Source: Oligoflexales bacterium | GTDB lineage: Bacteria > Bdellovibrionota_B > Oligoflexia > Oligoflexales > CAIYRB01 | Length of the DNA stretch: 64,000 bases | Direction: 5' to 3' | Assembly (NCBI GenBank): GCA_041736175.1 | Contig: JBGSUI010000218.1 | Span: 1-64,000 of the forward strand | Shown: one piece after another, positions 57,835 to 64,000 of the stretch | How the letters are laid out: each line of letters begins with the position of its first letter | Position numbering within the stretch: position 1 is the stretch's first letter | The notes under the pieces: model-generated | The model's database searches: none | What the model was told of the DNA's origin: nothing | The model's input: only the letters and a program-made list of their open reading frames with translations | Made by a program: the position numbers and the translations under genes

Positions 57835-57851
57835 TTGGCCTTGCTTCTGCG
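57835..57851 (+). promoter_or_regulatory. sigma54-like promoter
   Basis: TTGGCCTTGCTTCTGCG (GG-N10-GC). Confidence 0.5.
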
Positions 57852-57895
57852 AAGCAGTCCAATTGTGATCAATCTAGTTATAGGGGAGCACTATC

Positions 57896-59641
57896 ATGAA
57901 GTGGATAAACTATGCCTATTTGGCGGTGACAATCACCACCATCGGGTCATGTGGCAAAACCGAAATGACCGCTAAGCAACCTGAGAAGCCAGTTTTGGAT
58001 GATTCACGACTCAATCCAAACAATCCTGACCAAAGCCTTGATGCTAAAGCGAGGCGTGCTGAATCAAAGGGACCCGAGTCAACAAAAGACGACCTCATCA
58101 CCAACCCACCTTCTACTCCAGTAGAACCATCCGAACCGGACTCTGCACCTCCCAACCAAACAACACCCGACCCTCAAGTCTCTAATCCTGAACCTCAAAC
58201 TGAAAGTGGACCTGGTTCCTCCGAAATGCCCCCGGTTCCGGAAACAGAAAAGCCTGCGCCTCCAGAGACCGCTCCTGAAGCTCCCAAAAATGCGCCTAAG
58301 GAATTCACAGAAGAAGATGTCTTTAAAGCTTTGCCAGCCGGAAATGAGCAGCTTAAAATCCTTTGTGCCCGGCCTGGCCAAGACAAGGTCCGCCAAGTTT
58401 TCTGCAGCGCAACTCCACCCAAAATAACAGGGCTGGTCGATCTACAAAAAGCCCTAGGTCTAGGGATCAATGATGCCACGAGGGTTGGACGTAATAACAA
58501 CGGTACGGGTGGTAACGCTGCCTTTGTCTTTACCGCTGGCTCAAGCTCTTTGGTAGCCAAGTTCACCTCCTCAATCAATCCGCGTTTGATCATGTTTCAA
58601 CGCTCAAACGGCAACAGAAATCCTTCTTTGGTCACCCTCGGCTTCGTTCGTGGCGAACAATTTGCCGAAATCATCGCTGGTGATCCATCCACCAACCAAC
58701 TCAATTTTTTCCTAGTCCGATTTGAACAAGCATGCAATGCCCGAGAGGCAGGTTGCACCCACGGAGAACTTTTAACGCCCGCTGTGGAAAGCAACTGGGT
58801 GAATTTCACCATCTATGAGGATGTCGACGTTCAAAACACCATTGCGGACTGCAAACAATGCCACCAACCCGGCGGCGAGGGCACACCAAAGATGCTGCGT
58901 ATGCAAGAGCTGAGAAATCCATGGACCCACTTTTTGAGAGATAATACTAATGGTGGTCAAGCCTTGATTGCTGATTACCAAGCTGCCCATGGGACCGCAG
59001 AAACCATGGCGGGTATCCCCGGAACTATGGTTTCTTCTTCTGACCCCGCTCTCCTCGAAGATTTGGTCAGAGATAACGGATTTGCAGCTCAGCCCAACGA
59101 GTTTAGAACCGGAGCCATTGAAGGAGAAGTCAGAAATTCCAGCCCTGGCCAACCAGTTAATAACGCAACCCCGGGAACCAGCGCCACCTGGAACACTCTC
59201 TACAATCAATTCGTTCTTGGTACCGTGATCGCTCCACCTTACCATGACGTTAAAGTCACCGACCCTGCCAAGCTACAGGTCATGACAAAAGCTTATCAGG
59301 ATTTCCGCAATGGAACCTTACCAATGGATCAACTTCCAGACATTCGCGAAACAATTCCCGCTGTGGCCCTTAGAGACATGGGTATGATGGTTAAAGCTGG
59401 CCTGACCGGCCCCCAAATTCTGGTCAATGCATGCGCCCAATGCCACAACTCCAATCTACCGCAAAACATCTCTCGCGCTAAGTTTAACGTCGACCTCACC
59501 AAAATGTCTCGAGAAGAGAAGGATTTGGCTATCGTAAGACTTGGACTCCCGGCAACTGACCCTCGACGTATGCCACCTGCTCGCTTCCGTAGCCTTACCA
59601 AAGAAGAAATCCAGCTTCTAACCGACGAATTGAAAAAATAG
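57896..59641 (+). CDS. Di-heme c-type cytochrome lipoprotein with Pro-rich stalk
   Basis: Lipobox IGSC; CKQCH and CAQCH; C-terminal RMPP. Confidence 0.85.
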   Translation: MKWINYAYLAVTITTIGSCGKTEMTAKQPEKPVLDDSRLNPNNPDQSLDAKARRAESKGPESTKDDLITNPPSTPVEPSEPDSAPPNQTTPDPQVSNPEPQTESGPGSSEMPPVPETEKPAPPETAPEAPKNAPKEFTEEDVFKALPAGNEQLKILCARPGQDKVRQVFCSATPPKITGLVDLQKALGLGINDATRVGRNNNGTGGNAAFVFTAGSSSLVAKFTSSINPRLIMFQRSNGNRNPSLVTLGFVRGEQFAEIIAGDPSTNQLNFFLVRFEQACNAREAGCTHGELLTPAVESNWVNFTIYEDVDVQNTIADCKQCHQPGGEGTPKMLRMQELRNPWTHFLRDNTNGGQALIADYQAAHGTAETMAGIPGTMVSSSDPALLEDLVRDNGFAAQPNEFRTGAIEGEVRNSSPGQPVNNATPGTSATWNTLYNQFVLGTVIAPPYHDVKVTDPAKLQVMTKAYQDFRNGTLPMDQLPDIRETIPAVALRDMGMMVKAGLTGPQILVNACAQCHNSNLPQNISRAKFNVDLTKMSREEKDLAIVRLGLPATDPRRMPPARFRSLTKEEIQLLTDELKK

Positions 59642-59660
59642 CTCCTTCGAGGTCTTAAAA

Positions 59661-59709
59661 AGGAACTGCCAAAATCTTCCCTTAGCCGGGTTAGATATTG
59701 GCAATTCCT
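59661..59709. terminator. Imperfect inverted repeat between convergent genes (bidirectional terminator candidate)
   Basis: AGGAACTGCCAAAATCT / AGATATTGGCAATTCCT, 15 of 17 complementary. Confidence 0.6.
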
Positions 59710-59715
59710 ACTTTT

Positions 59716-61338
59716 TCAGGAAGATTTTTTACTCAAATCTCCAATCTTTGATTCAACCGGAGCCGTTCCCCTTGAGTTTTCAATCACGCGAGATATCTTT
59801 GATCCATCGTGATTTTGTGGGACTAAGTTGCCGGCAGTATTGGTTTTGAGAGTTAAAGCTCCGCTTTCATGAGCACGGACACAGGCCTTTAAAATCTCGG
59901 GATCAAAAAGTTCGGATTCTTCAACCAGGCGCTGGATCGCCTCATTTTGGTCCATAAACCCCGAATAGGCTCTTCCTGAGACCATTGCATCAAATACATC
60001 CGATAGGGCAACAATTCTACCAAAAAAGGGGATATCTTCTCCTACAAGACCATCAGGATAACCGGTTCCATCCCATTTTTCATGGTGATATTTGATGCCA
60101 CTTAAAAACTTTTGAGCGTTGGGCATATTTGAAATAATATCAGCTCCAATCTTAGGATGGAGCTTCATCTCTTCGTATTCTTCTGCCGACAAAATAGATG
60201 CCTTTTTTAGAATCGCATCAGGAATACCGATCTTGCCAACATCATGACATAAAGCTGAGATCATTAACATTCTTTTGACCTCGCGGTTAAGCTTTAACTC
60301 GTCCGCAATCGCCATGCTATACTTTGAAACTCTCTCCGAATGTCCGTGGGTATAGGTATCTTTGGCCTCGATGGTCGCGATAATGGTTTCAATCATCCCA
60401 AACATCAGACCATCAGTCTCTCTTCGTAGCAGCATCGATTCAAACGTAGGTGCGCTCCTGCTTAGCAATGCCTGAAGATGATCTATGTCTCGACTATTAA
60501 ATTGGACTTTTGGATCATCGATCTCAATATGGATAAGACAATGAACTTCTGAGTTGTGAATCATAGGCAAAATCAGCCTGCTGCGGCTACTGTCGCTCTC
60601 CGGCTGCTTAGAATCACCTAGTAACAACGCTCCCTGCTTTCGGTTCAAGACATCTTCTAATCCTGAGGGAGAGATCAAAAACATCTGCCTCTTCTTTTTA
60701 AAATGCCGAATAGCGATTGGGTAGATGAGTCTACGGGATGAAACCCATACAAAGATGGCTGCCCGACTACTGTTTTGAATAATTTTGCCAATAGATTTTA
60801 AAAGCACATTAGCTGCGGCATTTAAATCCTCCGCAACCAAAATATTGCTATGGAATTCAAATATCTCCTTTATTGATCTGATATCATCCATATGATAATT
60901 CGCGACTGAAAACTGGTTCAGTCTTATAGGAGTCACCTGAACATCATTTTGATTTTTTCCTAAGACGATAGGACCTTTGATACCTAGATCTTCAGCGATC
61001 AGCATATCAAAGTGCAAGATCTCGTCCGGAAGTTGAACATCACCCTCAGACGTGACAAACTGTAGCTCTGTAGAACCGAGAAGGATTTTGTCGCCGTTTT
61101 GAATAATCGAGTTTATGACCCTATCTCCGTTGAGGAAAGTGCCATTTTTGGAGTCCATGTCTTCGACTATAAACAGGCGACCACGCTTTTTGATTCGTAA
61201 ATGGGTGCGAGAGATTTCCTCATCGACAATAAGGATGGAATTCGTTGGATCCCTGCCAATCGTTATAGGAAACGAACTGAGCTGGATTCGCTTTCCCGAA
61301 TCATGCCCTCTCTCAATGATGATAAACGAATTATTCAA
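59716..61338 (-). CDS. FHA + GAF-like + HD-GYP cyclic-di-nucleotide phosphodiesterase
   Basis: FHA (IGR, SR.H, NGT); HDVGK and HHEKWDGTGYP. Confidence 0.92.
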   Translation of the reverse strand: MNNSFIIIERGHDSGKRIQLSSFPITIGRDPTNSILIVDEEISRTHLRIKKRGRLFIVEDMDSKNGTFLNGDRVINSIIQNGDKILLGSTELQFVTSEGDVQLPDEILHFDMLIAEDLGIKGPIVLGKNQNDVQVTPIRLNQFSVANYHMDDIRSIKEIFEFHSNILVAEDLNAAANVLLKSIGKIIQNSSRAAIFVWVSSRRLIYPIAIRHFKKKRQMFLISPSGLEDVLNRKQGALLLGDSKQPESDSSRSRLILPMIHNSEVHCLIHIEIDDPKVQFNSRDIDHLQALLSRSAPTFESMLLRRETDGLMFGMIETIIATIEAKDTYTHGHSERVSKYSMAIADELKLNREVKRMLMISALCHDVGKIGIPDAILKKASILSAEEYEEMKLHPKIGADIISNMPNAQKFLSGIKYHHEKWDGTGYPDGLVGEDIPFFGRIVALSDVFDAMVSGRAYSGFMDQNEAIQRLVEESELFDPEILKACVRAHESGALTLKTNTAGNLVPQNHDGSKISRVIENSRGTAPVESKIGDLSKKSS

Positions 61339-61519
61339 TTGAACCCCTGGTCGTTGAAGAACTCGTCGGAAAAATACTTAACACGATTAACTCACAGGCC
61401 TTGGGAAAAACCGAAAAAACCCTCCTGTTAATAGGATTCTTAGTCTGTATAGTAAATGCAGGGTGGAGACAATATTCATTGAATATTGGTCCATTCCTTT
61501 AAATTCTTATCGAATGATG

Positions 61520-61546
61520 TAAAGCTTGTGATGATCTTTCCGATCA
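61520..61546 (+). promoter_or_regulatory. sigma28-like promoter (likely leaderless transcript)
   Basis: TAAA-N15-TCCGATCA, 7 nt before the ATG at 61554. Confidence 0.55.
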
Positions 61547-61553
61547 ATCCATC

Positions 61554-61973
61554 ATGAGAAAGTTATTTTTTCCTATTTTATTGATCTTCTTTGCCGCGAA
61601 TCTATCGGCTTCTGAAACTTTTGGATCCCAACAGTTGAAGAAAGCGCCTCAAACTTATTGGTTATCACCTGAATCACCAACACAGCCAGTAAAGATTGGC
61701 ACCCCTTTAAAGGCCACCCAAACCGGAATCATTTTACGGGATCCCATTCTATCCCGAAAAGGGGCCCTCCCACGCCCTAAAGAAGAGCCCCAGGCCCTCA
61801 AACCAAAAACCCAAAGAAGTCGTAATAAAACCATGAAAATCGGCAAAGTCAGGATTTCTGGAGAACTGACCATCCCAACTGTCAGCTTCACTCCCGAACG
61901 GCCAGAATGTACCTTTGTTAGGGATCAACCGGCTTTCCAAAGCAATAGTCCGTTACCGCTGAATAAACCCTAG
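61554..61973 (+). CDS. Small secreted basic protein (weak CglF/GltF-like motif)
   Basis: Signal peptide; I.GEL..P motif. Confidence 0.6.
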   Translation: MRKLFFPILLIFFAANLSASETFGSQQLKKAPQTYWLSPESPTQPVKIGTPLKATQTGIILRDPILSRKGALPRPKEEPQALKPKTQRSRNKTMKIGKVRISGELTIPTVSFTPERPECTFVRDQPAFQSNSPLPLNKP

Positions 61974-62102
61974 AGGCCCAACTTAGTATAAGCCAAAGGA
62001 GTCCTTTCCCGTTTTTTGGAAACACTGCACTGTTTTTTTGGTTGATCATAGTTACCAACTCAAATAAAAACTGTCAATCTTTGGTTTTAAACCACCCCCA
62101 TT

Positions 62103-62669
62103 TTGGATACATCTGTGGAACAAATCCTGACTCTCGATCGACAGCTTTTCTTCTTAATTAATTCTTTAAGTGGCAATACCTCCCTAGATCTTGTCATGAT
62201 GGTGCTATCTTCCCACGAGCTTTGGATTGGGATCTGCCTTGTTGGGGCAATTTTTGTGACCACTCGGAAAAAAAAGCTTCCGTTGAAAGCTATTTTGGCA
62301 TTTGGAGTGACTATTGGAGTCACTGATCTGATAGCTTTTCAAGTCTTGAAACCTACATTCGGTCGAATGCGTCCTTGTTATGCTTTAGAACAGGTCCATT
62401 TAGTCCAAGGCAGCTGTGGAGGTGACTTTGGGTTTCCCTCTAACCACGCTGCTAATAGTGGTGCCGCGGTTGCGTTTCTTAGTCTGATCGCAAAGCGGAA
62501 AATTTTGGTCATCGGTACCCTTGCCGCGATCCTTGTCTGTTTTTCCAGAATCTATTTGGGGGTTCACTATCCTGCGGATGTGGTCAGTGGATTTATCATG
62601 GGATTAGTCGTCGGCAGATTGATCTTAAAGACCCTGTTTAAGATCAAAGTTCAAGAGAACACTCCTTAA
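62103..62669 (+). CDS. PAP2-family phosphatase (undecaprenyl-PP phosphatase-like)
   Basis: K....R.RP, FPSNH and SRIYLGVHYP.D motifs. Confidence 0.92.
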   Translation: MDTSVEQILTLDRQLFFLINSLSGNTSLDLVMMVLSSHELWIGICLVGAIFVTTRKKKLPLKAILAFGVTIGVTDLIAFQVLKPTFGRMRPCYALEQVHLVQGSCGGDFGFPSNHAANSGAAVAFLSLIAKRKILVIGTLAAILVCFSRIYLGVHYPADVVSGFIMGLVVGRLILKTLFKIKVQENTP

Positions 62670-64000
62670 AGTTGACCACTAAAATCAAAGAGCACTGAAG
62701 GCTTGTTGATGGTCTGGCTACCCACTTTGCTCTGCAAGATCATAAGCAAAGAAAGCCGTGTAAATGCCAGAGATCCTGCACCGGCTAGATCTCCACCAAT
62801 AGGCATCTGAAACCCTCCCCCTACCGAACTATAATTGGTTCGCTCCTCTCTCGCTCGACCCAAATCATAGAAAAGCCTCCATTTCAACTGCCGTGACAGA
62901 ATCAGAAAATCAAAGGGAATGGGAAAGTAAAGTGGAAAATAGAGATCGCTGGTTAAGGTATCGATATGACCTACAGGGTCCAGTCCCTGATCTATCCTTA
63001 ACCTTGCCTCTCCTAAATCATTTGGTTTAAAAAAAGCCGACTCAGGAAGAGTTCCTTCCCCGCTCATTTGCCCACTAAAGCCTCGAAGAGAAAGACTTAT
63101 CTGGTGACTCACGCGACATTCTCCAGAGAGTAAACCGGAGTTTCGAATATAAAAAAACCCCTTTGACCAAATGCGTGGAGCCCTATCATGGGAGCCAGCA
63201 AAGTTAAATTGACATTGCCTTTCATCACCAGGGGGCTTGAATGCTAAACGAAAACCATAGGCTCCGTGAATACTTTCTTCATTGCCAATCCGGTCTTTTC
63301 TTTTAAGAACGACTCCAATTCCTAAGCCGGTCGATGACTTTAGAAGATCATTTTCAAAAAAGTTAAACTCCATTTCTCGGTCACCGCTATATGTCTTTTG
63401 TAGCTTAGCGCCATTAGAAAGGCTGGTGTTATTCCACTGATTCCCATAGTTGACAAGATAGGAGCTTTGTTTATTTGAAGGTGCAAACTCTACCGCAGCG
63501 GTCGCAGTGCTTTGTACATACTTAAACAATCCCGCCTGAATACCCAGTGAAAACGCTTCGCCTGGTCGACGAAAGGGATAGGGAACCCAAACGAGAGTGT
63601 AGGCATCATCTGGTAGGGTTTTGGCTGTTCCCGGAAAAAAATAAAAGTTTGGATTCTCTGAACTATTATTAAAACGATCGCTGTCAAATGATCCATGTTC
63701 CGGATCGATTGCTATCTCCTCTAATGCAGCATCCAAGATCGCCTCGACCTTCCATCCTCTCGATTGTGGGGTTGGACTTGCCTTTAATGACCTCACCCTG
63801 CCCTGGATGTCTCTCACCTTGACGACGGGTTCGTGGTCGAGTCCGCCTTTTTGGATGATATCAGCGGCTATAACCCATTTCCCCCCTGGGAGCGGTTTTT
63901 CCTGAACATCCTCTAGCTCAAAATCAGGCCACCCTGGTAACGTCCACCACTTTTTTATAGTGTTCGAGACTGCCAATCGCTGTCCTGGAGAAAAGGGTGA
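62666..64000 (-). CDS. C-terminal part of a large protein: M1-peptidase-like C-domain followed by an outer-membrane beta-barrel (partial)
   Basis: Frame open to the window edge; IDP.....D.DR.NN motif, then amphipathic strands ending F.GQL. Confidence 0.6.
   Translation of the reverse strand, partial: SPFSPGQRLAVSNTIKKWWTLPGWPDFELEDVQEKPLPGGKWVIAADIIQKGGLDHEPVVKVRDIQGRVRSLKASPTPQSRGWKVEAILDAALEEIAIDPEHGSFDSDRFNNSSENPNFYFFPGTAKTLPDDAYTLVWVPYPFRRPGEAFSLGIQAGLFKYVQSTATAAVEFAPSNKQSSYLVNYGNQWNNTSLSNGAKLQKTYSGDREMEFNFFENDLLKSSTGLGIGVVLKRKDRIGNEESIHGAYGFRLAFKPPGDERQCQFNFAGSHDRAPRIWSKGFFYIRNSGLLSGECRVSHQISLSLRGFSGQMSGEGTLPESAFFKPNDLGEARLRIDQGLDPVGHIDTLTSDLYFPLYFPIPFDFLILSRQLKWRLFYDLGRAREERTNYSSVGGGFQMPIGGDLAGAGSLAFTRLSLLMILQSKVGSQTINKPSVLFDFSGQL

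Noticed and set aside
1..64000. CRISPR array, rRNA, DGR reverse transcriptase/template repeat, integrase or prophage genes
   Set aside because: None recognised in the sequence or the ORF track.

Overview
Bacterial chromosomal segment, most consistent with a Bdellovibrionota/Oligoflexia-like organism. This is an inference from the many secreted lipoproteins, AglR/GltG-type gliding proteins and dense sigma28-like promoters. The housekeeping backbone is pyrB, purM, trpD/trpC, flagellin, tRNA-Ile(GAT), mrp/apbC, trxB, dacB, lysS, rph, secA, rfbBACD and rnj. Accessory modules are interleaved with it. At the left edge is the 3' part of a C-type-lectin-fold (FGE/CLec) gene with the adenine-avoidance and NNY-codon signature of a diversity-generating-retroelement (DGR) variable region, apparently cut by an IS630-like end; no RT or template repeat was seen in the window. 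There are three toxin-antitoxin-like modules: YjjJ/HipA plus an RHH gene, GNAT-DUF1778, and HEPN plus a degenerate MNT-like gene. Also present are an AAA/DUF4143 ATPase, about 9 predicted lipoproteins (Ig-like repeat, vWA, c-type heme, CBM10-like), a secreted GH5 + GH9-CBM3 operon and an HCF101-like Mrp. An AglR/ExbD/ExbD/GltG-like motor operon has two ExbD-like subunits that both lack the canonical proton-conducting Asp. All family calls come from motif recognition by eye, not database searches.
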